This document shows positions 13,401 to 22,169 of a stretch of 64,000 bases of DNA, piece by piece. Under the pieces are notes generated by a model. It made no database searches, had not been told where the DNA came from, and worked only from the letters and a program-made list of their open reading frames with translations. Each line of letters starts with the position of its first letter. Within the stretch, counting starts at the first letter, position 1. The translations under genes were made by a program, and so were the position numbers. The DNA is from Eledone cirrhosa (Eukaryota), in the NCBI GenBank assembly GCA_964016885.1, contig OZ024740.1, positions 421,848,001 to 421,912,000 of the forward strand, read 5' to 3'.

Positions 13401-16400
13401 CATGACACTAAATTAGTACCTCTTCCTTAGAGTTATATGAATTGAGGGATTTAAAATTAAACATATTGTCCAGAGAGTCAGCACAATATTTGCAGTAAGA
13501 AATGAAAGTTCTATATTCAGTTATCTCTAGTAGTTTATATAACTGCAAGCTATCATATGTATGCAAGAACTATACAAAAATGTTTCTTTCTTCAAACTGT
13601 TTGAACTACACATCTTAAGAAAACTAATTGTTTTTAAAAACCAACACAATGAAAATAATCGTTTTTCTGCATCAATTAAAACTGATGAGAATTGCCAGTT
13701 GCTAATGATAAACTCTGGTATCAATTCAGATACTTTATACAGTTATCTCCCTTAGAAGCAACAAGCTATAAATTATCATTGACAGTAGAACCTCTTGAAA
13801 ATGATGTTTTCTTCAAAGTTGATTTCATCTCACCTTATATATGTAAAGAGGAAGTTTGTTAATTTATTTATTATTGGAAAGTAAAGAGTTCAAGTTACAA
13901 ATTTTAAAATAACTTCATAAAAACATGTATATATATATATATATATATAAAAACGAGAAAACTCATCACTAGAATAGCTGTCAAAGACAGCGATAGGCAA
14001 AAATGCCTCAGAGGACAGTGACCAGCAGCCAGTGGTCAACAGAGAGACAATCCACACGGTGGGTGACAGGTAGATGAAATATAATGCCTCAGAAGACAGT
14101 GACCAGTGGCCAGTGGTCAACAGAGAGACAATCCACACGGTGGGTGACAGGTAGATGAAATATAATGCCTCAGAAGACAGTGACCAGTGGCCAGTGGTCA
14201 ACAGAGAGACAATCACACGGTGGGTGACAGGTAGATGAAATATAGAAAAGATTGAAAGAGGAGGGGGACAAGGAGAAGTACACTGGTGCACAGAAGTGAC
14301 TAAAAGAAGGAAATAAAGAAAGGTGATGTACAAGACAAGTTTACACACACATCTTCACCCTCATCAGCTCTCAAACCACCAAAATGGTTTCACACAATTT
14401 AATCAAATCATATAAACTTGTTATAAGCACCTGAAGAAAGGTCACTAATTCGATGACTCTTTTATTCTGGAGGTATAGTCAAATTTGGGCCTTGAAACCT
14501 TGGGCCGAACACAGATCTTTGGTGTAATAATAGCACTGTAGTTCGGATAACCAAAGATATGGGTTCGACGCCCATGTACGTCAATACTCCTCTTATTCCA
14601 TTTCTTAAAGGTTCAAGCTAAAATTCTTTTAGTCAAAAACTACGGCAAAAGCTTCTATTTCTATTTTCAAACTCACTGTTTCAAAACAGACTTACTTTTA
14701 TATATTTCATCATCGTTTAACGTCTATCTTCCATGCTGTGCAATACTAGATATATGAGTGTGAGGTTGTGTGTTTATATACCACACACACACACACACAT
14801 TTATATATTTACTGGTTTTAGACATTACCAAGTGATTTTAATTGATTAGTGACGTGGTGCCAGGAAATGCCAGTGGAGGTAGACCAAGAAAAAAATTTGG
14901 GCAGAATTGGTGGAGTTGAGCTCAGAGAGGAGATGACAAAGGAATGTACTGAGTGGAGAGATGCTGAGCTGAGAAGAACCTGTCCAACCCAGGAGGATAT
15001 GAACCATAGACACACACACTAAGATAGACACAGACAGAGAAATAGACACACAGACGCAGAGACAGAGATAGACACACAGACACAGACAGACAAAAAGACA
15101 CACAGACACAGACAGACAAAAAGACACACAGACACAGACAGACAAAAAGACACACATACACACACTGTGCAATCTCCATGGTTGCAAAATATTCTCAATA
15201 AGATCAGTTAAACTTTCTACTCTCATTTTTACAATATGTAAATATTTTATTATTTTCTCAAGACATCTGGTATTTGCTGTAGAAATGGCAAGAGCTCAGC
15301 TGTCAGGTCTGACTCTCTTTTATATTATATATAAAAAGATACTATTTTTATTTATGAGAGAGACATGATAGAGAGAGAGCAAAAAAATAAATAGAAAGAG
15401 AGAAGTGATAAAAAACTATGGAACAGAAAGAATATTTGGTATGAAGAATCTACAAAAGAAAATCATCTTCTTCAAAAGTTGTTCACCTTTTAAGTCGACT
15501 TTCATCCCATCATTTGTCTGTGAAGATGAAGACACTTCTCTCTGTTCAGGATCAGTATCATTATAATTGGCCCACAAAGCATCAACAAGCTCCATAAACA
15601 GATCATCGTTGATAAATTTTGTATCCCTGTCACCATGGACTTTCCCATCATAGTTTTTCAGAAGTTCTTCAATGAAAGCACAATCTTGATCTAGAATATC
15701 ATCTCCCATATATGGAATATTGTGAAGTATTGTTTCATCTTCCACCTTTAAAAGACAGAGAGACCAATCAGCCATGTTTTGAAGTCATCAACGACATGTT
15801 AGCAGATTAACATTAGAATATATGTGGAAAAGGTTTAAGAGGGATCATATACAAAATAATATATGGGGAAAAGTTTAAGAGGGATCATATACAAAAGAAT
15901 ATATGGGGGGGGGGGAGTTGTGAAGGTACTTATACAAAAAAATATATGGGGGAAAGGTTTGTGAGGAAACTTATACAAAAGAATATATGGAAGGAAGGTT
16001 TGTGAGGGTGCTTATACAAAAGAATATACGAGGGAAAGGTTTGAGATGATATATATACACATATATACATACATTAAATCATAAAAATATGAAATAAAAG
16101 GTAAGAGTCAAACATAAGATTGGAAGAAATAATGAAAGGATACCCACACCCCTTCTCCATCCAAAAAAACTTCACATCAACCATAAGACTCAAAAACACT
16201 TAAAAAAATGTTAACCCTTTTGTTACCAACCCGGCCAAAGCTGGTTCTGGTTCTAAAGTCATCCATTTTAAAGGTTTCCAGTATCAATTAAAATCTTCCA
16301 ACATTATTTTATATAAGAACCTTGTGTTAAGTTACTATCTTAGTAATGAAATAATTAATCATTTTAGAAAATCCCTCAAAATTCTTCATTAATTAATTAA

Positions 16401-19400
16401 AATAGAGTGTTTTTCATTAGAAATGGGGGCATGAAAGGGTCAAATTAATAGTAGATATTTGAAATCTTGAAAAGGTATAAAAAAATAAAATAAAACAAAC
16501 AAAAAATGAAAAGTGAAAAATCAAAATACCATAAAGTTCTGCTGGAGTGGGGCCCAACTATACATTGTTGGAATTGGTTTTAAAGCATTCATGACTCTCA
16601 ATGGTGCCATCTGATGAGGGAAACTCATGCCACTTTCAACTTCACACTGAAAAGGTGACAAAAAATAAATTATCAGGGAAATATTATAGATACTTGAATA
16701 TAAGCTAAGGAATATGTGACCAAAAAATTGATGGTAGAAAGAGGTATTGGCTTATATTGGAGTATATAGAGTAAGTATTTTAGTTTGAACAGTCTCCTGG
16801 CACCATCACTATCACTTTACAGGGTGGACTAGGCACCAGTACAGCCACTTAACTGGGTAGACTGGGTACTTTTTTACTGTGGTACGAACCAGCACAACCC
16901 CCTTATAGGGTGAACTGGATGCTTTTTCATTGTGACATTAGAATGAACACCTCACAGAGAAGACAACAGTTTTTTGTTATCTATGGTGGTGCATATTTTT
17001 TCACTGCAGGTTGACACGTACGGGCATGTGTGTGTATGAATGTGTGCATGTAACTTCATCATCATTTGGCTTACATTACGACAAAGATTAGTATATATAA
17101 AACAAAAGGCAGAAAGATTGTAATCAATGAAAACTTACTTTTCTTGTGACTGGTATTTGACTGAAAGTCTCTGGAGCGTGGAGGGGTTGGCTAGGCTGTT
17201 CCTTCCACCAGCAATTATGTTTTTCCAGTTCATCATTAATTAGTTTACGATTGGAGGAAAATGCACACTGCAAAATAAACAGATGTGTAAAAGGATCAAT
17301 GAAAACCTGGTTATAAACACTCATCATCATCATCATCATCACCGTTTTACGTCCGTTCTTCCACGCTAGCATGGGTTAGACGGGTTGTCCTGTTGGGGGC
17401 AGTGTCTGGTCGGCTGACCATGCCTTGCTCATACAGGAACTGATCTGGCTTGATTTCTACAGCTGGATGCCCTTCCTAACACCAACCTCATTTACAGTGA
17501 GTGCTGGGTGCTTTTTCGTGGCACCTACACGTCCACTTTACAGTGTGGGCTGGGTGCTTTTTTGCCGTGGCACCTCCACGACCACCTTGCGGTAGGGGGA
17601 GTCGGGGCATATTGTTTATATGCTTCAGCATGTACCCATGGGAGGTCGGGTACCCTGTATTACTGCGTGACGCCAGAAGTCACGGTCGTGTGTCATTGAC
17701 TTTGAGAGGTGTAGTTGGGTAAGGTCGGCTTTTATCAGCTCATCCCAAGTCATCTTGGGTCTCCCCACTCCGCGGTTTCCATCAACTTCTAGTGCTCTGC
17801 ACCTTTTTATGCAGCTGTCATCCTTCATACGCATCACATGTCCATACCAGCGTAACCGCCTCTCCTGCACGCAGCATTTGATTCCTCTTATGCTCAGTCT
17901 CTCTCTCAATTCCTTTATGCTTTGTCGTTCACGTATATTACTGTTACACATCCATCGGAGCATGCAGGCTTCGTTTCTCTCTAATCTACGTAAGTCTTCC
18001 ACCTTCAGCGCCCAGGTCTCACTACCATGCAACATCGCTGTTCGGATACACGCATCATACAGTCTGCCTTTCATTCTGAGGGAGAAGCCTTTTGCAGCTA
18101 GCAGTGGTAGTAGTTCCCTAAACTTCTTCCATCCCGTTCTTACCCTAGTTATTGTACTTTCTGAGCACCCACCTCCGTTGCTAATTCGGTCACCTAGGTA
18201 GCAGAAGCTGTCTACTGTTTCTACAGGGCCTTCCCAGAGATTGGTGGTACTTGTTTCCTGTGGCTGTTTGCTTGCTGTTTCAGCACAGCTGCTGCATGTG
18301 AATCCTACATTCTTAATTAAGCTTCCTGAGATCCCGCTACATCTCTTGTGTACCCATTGTTTGCATTTGGGGCAGAGAATGGAGTTCCTACCTACACCTT
18401 TCCTACATACTGAGCAAGGACATTTCCCTGAGGGGATCTGGGTTCTGTTTTCTCGTCTACTTACAAGGACCTTAGTCTTTGTCATGTTGACTTTGAGGCC
18501 CTTTCTCTCTAGTCCCTGCTTCCAGGTTTGGAATTTATTCTCTAGTTCTACCATAGATTCAGCTATGAGTGCGAGGTCATCAGCATACAGGAGTTCCCAT
18601 GGGCATCCGGTCTTAAACTCCTCCGTTATTGCCTGCAGGACTATGATGAACAGGAGAGGGCTAAGAACAGAGCCCTGGTGGACCCCAACCTGTACGCTAA
18701 ATTCCTCGCTATACTCATTGCTAATCCTAACTTTGCTGACTGCTCCCCTATACATGGCTTGTACCGCTTTCACAAGCCATTCATCTACTCCTAGTTTTCT
18801 AAACACTGTGTTATGTATTTATTGGAATACAGTGGAATCTAGGTTCAAGAACGTCTCTCATCATCATCATTTTACGTCCGCTTTTCCCTGCTTGCAAGGG
18901 TGGGACGGGTCCTATTCAGCACAGCATCTCTCCACTTGTCACGGTCCTTCGTCATCTCCACCGTGAGCTTCAGCGATCTGAGGTCTGCTCTCTCCTCCTC
19001 CGCCCATGTTTTTCGTGGTCTTCCTCTACTGCGTCTTCCTTCTACTGGCATTTCTTGGCACTTCTTTACCCAGCTGTCATCCTCCATGCACATCACATGT
19101 CCATACCATCGCAGTCTCTCATCACAAACCAATCAGTTCATCAACTATTTTTCTAAACATAAAACGTCTTGGGTGACAAACGATGTTTTGAATAACGAAC
19201 ATGCAAGCCGGGAACAAGCTGGGAGTATTGGCAGGAAAGTGTCACTTGCTGATATCTATGTCTTTCACACTATGGTGATATCTGTCTATCACACTATGGT
19301 GATATCTGCCTTTCCCACTATGGTGATATCTATCTGTCTTTCACACAGTCACTCTCTCTCTCAACATTTTGTGTGGAAAAAAGTTTCAGTTTACGAATAT

Positions 19401-20008
19401 TTCGGGCGACGCATGGCCTTCAGGAATGAATCAAGTTCATGAACTGGGGTTCCCCTGTATTTCATAGACTAAGGCTATACATACATACATACATAGACAC
19501 ATTGCATGCATGCATACATACATACAAAAGTATACACACACAATGTCTTGTGATAAGATATAGTATATATAGTGTTTCTACTCACCCGGACCTCATCATT
19601 TCTTTTAAACCGTTTCACTTGACAAAGTCTCATATATTCACCACGGACACGTTTCCGCCAGTCAGTACTGGCAGGTTTAGAGGCAGGCCCATCTTGTTTG
19701 GTGTCAGAACCTCTTTGGTTAGCTAGATAATGAAATAGAAAACATATAGCTGTACTGTCTATAAAGAGAGAGAAGTATGTATGTGTATATATATATACCA
19801 GCCCACTCTCTGTAAGCAATCAATCACATTCTTTCTAACTTGACCACTGCCACGTCACGATTCTTAGCCATTTTGAATCTGTTTCTGGCGGGGATTGCTT
19901 TGGAAAATTACCTGTCCTATGAGTTTGTTTCCTGACGAGTTCGAAACTCGAGATTTTATCCTTAATAGGATATCTCAAAACGCGAACGAAACCCGAGGGT
20001 AGAGACAT
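1323..20008 (-). CDS. EZH2: Histone-lysine N-methyltransferase EZH1/2 (Enhancer of zeste, PRC2 catalytic subunit), multi-exon, 3' part (CXC, SET) outside the window
   Basis: Exons 19912-20008 (candidate), 19586-19722, 17139-17267, 16530-16646, 15487-15745, 12631-12736, 7777-7940, 7568-7659, 2728-2908 and 1323-1471 have GT-AG ends and compatible phases. They encode EZH hallmarks: [76 protein letters not shown] and [12 protein letters not shown]. Confidence 0.95.
1839..2080 (+). mobile_element. tRNA-derived CORE-type SINE
   Basis: A-box-like TGACCTAGTGG, B-box GGTTCAATTCC and CORE-like TGTGTTCTTGAGCAAAACACTT; homologous to 44192-44415; degenerate direct repeat TTTAA.TATAC.AG on both flanks. 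Confidence 0.8.
2118..2240 (+). mobile_element. SINE fragment (second family: GTTCAAATCC...CTTTCATCC...AGTACCAGT)
   Basis: Homologous to minus-strand copies at 4013-4100, 35190-35355 and 38415-38552. Confidence 0.65.
2728..2908 (-). CDS. EZH2: EZH exon, low-complexity linker ([60 protein letters not shown])
   Basis: Acceptor aaatcag; open 181 nt; phase 0 to 1 joins the flanking exons; basic TSPT..GRKRK stretch resembles the EZH2 T345-region linker. The donor (gtacag) is weak. Confidence 0.72.
4345..4480 (+). mobile_element. Degenerate RTE/SINE 3' end leading directly into the 24-bp array
   Basis: TTAGGAATGGCATCCAG...CCAGAACCAGTTCTGTATG...CACAACATGACAAC aligns with the RTE 3' UTR. Confidence 0.65.
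4481..7358. repeat. Intronic minisatellite, 24-bp unit GATGGTTGTGATGGTGATGACAAT, about 120 copies
   Basis: Direct reading; explains the [16 protein letters not shown] and other repeat ORFs. Confidence 0.97.
7568..7659 (-). CDS. EZH2: EZH exon ([31 protein letters not shown])
   Basis: Acceptor ttgcag, donor TTG|gtaagt; 92 nt; PCG..C..HL motif of the MCSS region. Confidence 0.93.
7777..7940 (-). CDS. EZH2: EZH exon, MCSS ([54 protein letters not shown])
   Basis: Acceptor tttttag, donor C|gtaagt; 164 nt; highly diagnostic EZH motif. Confidence 0.97.
8530..9700 (-). mobile_element. Old, degenerate RTE LINE fragment (RT, PHD and C-terminal region)
   Basis: Recognisable similarity to the RTE copy at 17625-18800 (e.g. 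CCCTTCACTCTAAGAGAAAATCC, AATAGCTCCCTGAACTT); many frameshifts. Confidence 0.7.
9707..9960 (-). mobile_element. RTE-type 3' end/SINE tail with (CAT)n
   Basis: CATCATCAT...GCATGGGTTGG...CTGGATGCCCTTCCTAACGCCAACCACTTTACAGTGTGGACTGGGTG. Confidence 0.7.
10001..12567 (+). mobile_element. Full-length piggyBac DNA transposon (2567 bp) in an EZH intron, antisense to the host gene
   Basis: TTAA target-site duplication at 9997-10000 and 12568-12571; terminal inverted repeats CCCTTTAGCGTTCA / TGAATGCTAAAGGG (14 bp, 1 mismatch); uninterrupted transposase ORF. Confidence 0.95.
10240..11916 (+). CDS. piggyBac transposase (PGBD4-like, DDE_Tnp_1_7 type), 558 aa
   Basis: Acidic N-terminus; catalytic D residues in LSVDEAM, YYDRFF and MGGVDKSD; [12 protein letters not shown] motif; C-terminal Cys-rich domain CRLC...CSFC..PLC..CF..YH. 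Confidence 0.95.
   Translation: MASESSDNDFEGFTSYDIQDKKETEDNISDLSSNESDIFISDISDDDDSHFESESEEISDTIEKTPTWLKETTPIHVSDFNENSGPQHTLPPDAKALDYFFLFLPQTFFEVVAEETNRYAQQQISNRGKPDLLWRPTDSAEMKAFFTINIMFGIKQFPRLWNYWSTDIRFGDPYISSIMAKTRFIKLNQYLHLVDTTNAPGRNESNYDPLYKVRPLIEMLTEKFKSMYLPGKNLSVDEAMIGYKGRVHFRQYMPAKPTKWGIKVWELCESDTGYCVNFDVYTGKKLNGERKHGLGYDVVWSLTQPFHSQHRHIYYDRFFSSVLLAEDLALVNTYTCGTIMSNRKGLPQEIKVAKLKNRGDILQMQKENMLATVFKDKRQILFLSSNQQPGVGAEGRPLVNLSYNKYMGGVDKSDQYCAYYPVGRPGKKWWRYILWFLVNLTIVNSYIVFTKSHKDPPPPKDYCHMKFRVDIASQLRGGYTSRKHKAGKKSKLAVVHKENIDFHKVERIDGRRKVCRLCSLQKRKTVKGYAIQTLFMCSFCKVPLCKGCFGQYHDRNIV
12631..12736 (-). CDS. EZH2: EZH exon, SANT1 end ([36 protein letters not shown])
   Basis: Acceptor ctctttag, donor AA|gtaagt; 106 nt; IF..IS.MFPDKG..EELKEKY motif. 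Confidence 0.95.
12946..13153. mobile_element. piggyBac-like MITE, copy 1
   Basis: TTAA-CCCTTT start and CATGAAATGG-TTAA end; internally homologous to 16215-16439. Confidence 0.7.
14002..14243. repeat. Tandem repeat, 81-bp unit x3
   Basis: AATGCCTCAG...GTGACAGGTAGATGAAATAT begins at 14002, 14083 and 14164. Confidence 0.92.
14850..14995 (+). mobile_element. Degenerate RTE ORF2 3' end fragment
   Basis: Similar to the reverse complement of 18880-19070 ([14 protein letters not shown]...EMTK...WRDA.L). Confidence 0.6.
15487..15745 (-). CDS. EZH2: EZH exon, SAL/SRM and start of SANT1 ([40 protein letters not shown]...)
   Basis: Acceptor ttttaaag, donor G|gtgaac; 259 nt; near-invariant EZH motif. 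Confidence 0.93.
16215..16439. mobile_element. piggyBac-like MITE, copy 2
   Basis: TTAA-CCCTTTTGTTACC start and CATGAAAGGG-TCAA end; homologous to 12946-13153. Confidence 0.7.
16530..16646 (-). CDS. EZH2: EZH exon ([39 protein letters not shown])
   Basis: Acceptor ccttttcag, donor ATG|gtattt; 117 nt; MYSW.PLQQNFM motif. Too short for the ORF track. Confidence 0.95.
17139..17267 (-). CDS. EZH2: EZH exon, EED-binding region ([43 protein letters not shown])
   Basis: Acceptor ttttgcag, donor AAA|gtaagt; 129 nt, phase 0 to 0; FSSNR.K motif. Confidence 0.9.
17322..18799 (-). mobile_element. 5'-truncated RTE-clade LINE (young copy) with open RT-PHD-CTD frame, 3' UTR and (GAT)n tail
   Basis: ORF 17625-18806 contains [46 protein letters not shown] and GRPK.TW (RTE hallmarks); TAAACACT target duplication at 17314-17321 and 18800-18807. 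Confidence 0.93.
18859..19115 (-). mobile_element. 3' fragment of a second RTE subfamily (ORF stops just before the (GAT)n tail)
   Basis: RLRWYGHV...[12 protein letters not shown]...[13 protein letters not shown]; GTCTCTCATCA direct repeat at both ends. Confidence 0.85.
19586..19722 (-). CDS. EZH2: EZH exon, SBD ([46 protein letters not shown])
   Basis: Acceptor tatctag, donor CGG|gtgagt; WRKRV..EYMRL...KRF.R.DEV is the EZH N-terminal helix. Confidence 0.93.
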
Positions 20009-20150
20009 AATCCTGGTAAGAGTGTACGCATTTCTTCTAACTTTAATTTTATACCTAATTGTGTATGGTTGACGGTGTATTTAGTCGATTTCCACGTGCT
20101 GTTGAAATGTTGGGTAAATATTCTATTGCGGTCGGCCGTGAAGAGGCTGC
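19845..20150 (-). promoter_or_regulatory. Probable EZH promoter/5' region (locally CpG-rich)
   Basis: CpG density well above the flanks; contains GCCATTTTG (YY1-like), TTTGAA (CHR-like), TGGCGGG (E2F-like) and CCACGTG (E-box). Confidence 0.45.
19912..20008 (-). CDS. EZH2: Candidate first coding exon of EZH ([32 protein letters not shown])
   Basis: ATG at 20008; 97 nt open; strong donor CAG|gtaatt in phase 1, matching the next exon; no recognised homology. Confidence 0.5.
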
Positions 20151-20409
20151 TGTCATTTATTTATCAAATATTTCTTCATAGGAGCCTTTTAATCTTATAG
20201 CCTGGTTTAATTGATTTTTTTATGTGGTTAATTATGCTAATTGGGAGAGGAAATGGTGTATATATATATATTGTTATACTTGAGGAGAGTCATATTGTTA
20301 TAATATTGCCAGAAATAATAACAGAAAACACTCAGTTTGGTTTGGGTTGGTTTTCGCTTCTGTATCTTATAATAGGAAATTCTTTGTCTGTTCTTTCCTT
20401 GCATTTATA

Positions 20410-20410
20410 T

Positions 20411-20499
<89 letters not shown>
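20410..20499. repeat. (AT)n microsatellite
   Basis: Direct reading. Confidence 0.95.
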
Positions 20500-20502
<3 letters not shown>

Positions 20503-20880
20503 AGGGCATCCAGCTGTAGAAAGCTCACCAAACAAAGGGTGGGAGGACACTTCAGTCATGTCAAAGCATGAGTCTCACTAGTTTTCGTGACCTACATGAT
20601 AAATGCACTCAGTACACACTGTAGTGGTTGGTGATAGGAAGGGCCCCCAGCAATAGAAAGCTTGCCAAACAAAGGGTTGGGAGGACCCCTGTTGTGTCAA
20701 AGACATGACAACCTCTCCTATAACACTCATTAGAATGTGAGACTGTACATTAGTGAGACAACAGATCCCTGGTTTGTCTTGGAGATCAGAAGCCACCACT
20801 TCAGTACTGACTTGGTCTATATAGATAGACCTGTCCAACCCTTGCTAGCAGGGAAAGTGGACATTAAAACAATGAAGATG
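20500..20880 (+). mobile_element. Non-autonomous retroelement/SINE ending in an RTE-type 3' terminus
   Basis: Homologous to 32545-32800 (-), 43890-44012 (-) and 23845-24045 (+); ends CCTGTCCAACCCTTGCTAGCAGGGAAAGTGGAC.TTAAA. Confidence 0.7.
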
Positions 20881-20884
20881 GTGT

Positions 20885-21131
20885 AAAAAAGCACCCAGCC
20901 CACACTGTAAAGTGGACGTGTAGGCGCCACGAAAAAGCACCCAGCACTCACTGTAAATGAGGTTGGTGTTAGGAAGGGCATCCAGCTGTAGAAATCAAGC
21001 CAAATCAGTTCCTGTATGAGCAAGGCATGGTCAGCCGACCAGACACTGCCCACAACAGGACAACCCGTCTAACCCATGCTAGCGTGGAAGAACGGACGTA
21101 AAACGGTGATGATGATGATGATGATGATGAT
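20885..21131 (+). mobile_element. RTE 3' UTR fragment with (GAT)n tail
   Basis: Nearly identical to the reverse complement of 17322-17565 and 28595-28835. Confidence 0.9.
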
Positions 21132-21744
21132 ATATATATATATATATAAATATTGATGTTTCCGTTGAAATCTCTATGTATGCTAACTCTATTATCTTAC
21201 AATTTCTTTTTTCAACATATATTATATACGTATTTGTGGTCACACATACACTGATATGCTTGCCCGCTTGCCCTCATGTATGTACTTACGCACACATTTT
21301 TTCACTATACACATGCATTTGTACATACACACATATGTACATTTGTAGGTGTACATACACACATTTATATACATACCCTTACTATATTTCCTTATTTTAT
21401 TTTTATATATCTCTTATATATTTTTTTGCCTGTTAAACTTTCTTGAGGAGATTTTTCAAATATTTCACTATGTTTTAAATTGCCTTGTCTGACGAATGAA
21501 TGAGGACGTTTCTTGTATTCGTCTTATTCGGGAAACCTCTGGTTAATGAGGTAATTATATTGTATTGTTTATTATACATTATATATATATATATGCTAGC
21601 ATGGAAAATAAATGTTAAATGATGATGATGATAAAGGAGGGAAAAAGCAAGGACTATTAGAACACGGAAGAAAGGGAGAGAGAAGGAGAAAGAATGAAGA
21701 GCTCTATGCCTAGAGTGGGGTGGTGTTTGGACTAAACTGCGAAG

Positions 21745-22145
21745 ACATTTCCGCAGATAATGGCGACACCTACTGCAACAGCCACCCAACATTGCGGGGT
21801 TCCTTCCTCAGAAGGACTGTTGACATTCCGATTTTACGGAGGAGTTCGGCAGTATGGGGCCCGAGGACACCTGAGGTCTCGACAATGACCGGTGCGAAGA
21901 GGAAGCAGCCAGACAAGCCCCGATATTTGCTTGTCTTTCTGTCTTCTGTATTATGATCCACAGTACCAGGGTTTGTACCAACGCGGCTAAGTTGAAGGCG
22001 GAGAACGTGTCACAACATGTAGCATCCCAGATAAGGGATTTACCTCCTTTTAATGGGAAGAGGGTAATTCCATTGGGGCACTTGCCGTCTCTGTGGTCAA
22101 GTCCTGTTGGCTCCAGTTGTGGTGGGAAGTCAGCTATTGCCGGTC
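21745..22145 (-). mobile_element. Degenerate CRE-like non-LTR retrotransposon fragment (restriction-like endonuclease domain)
   Basis: Minus-strand translation [38 protein letters not shown], then a frameshift, then [10 protein letters not shown]...[15 protein letters not shown]. This fits the EP.GL...DG.RPDG.T..P...G..L.WD.T..DT / K..KY / F.P...ET.G motif of CRE-clade RLE. Confidence 0.7.
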
Positions 22146-22169
22146 AACTTGATCTTCTATGTGAGCTTC

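Noticed and set aside
14428-14510. Hammerhead-like CTGAAGA...GAAAC motif
   Set aside because: Stem II ends pair (AAGG/CCTT), but no NUH triplet or stem I can be formed.
17755-18966. Plus-strand ORFs of 148 and 241 aa (and 29025-29471)
   Set aside because: Antisense shadows of the RTE ORF2.
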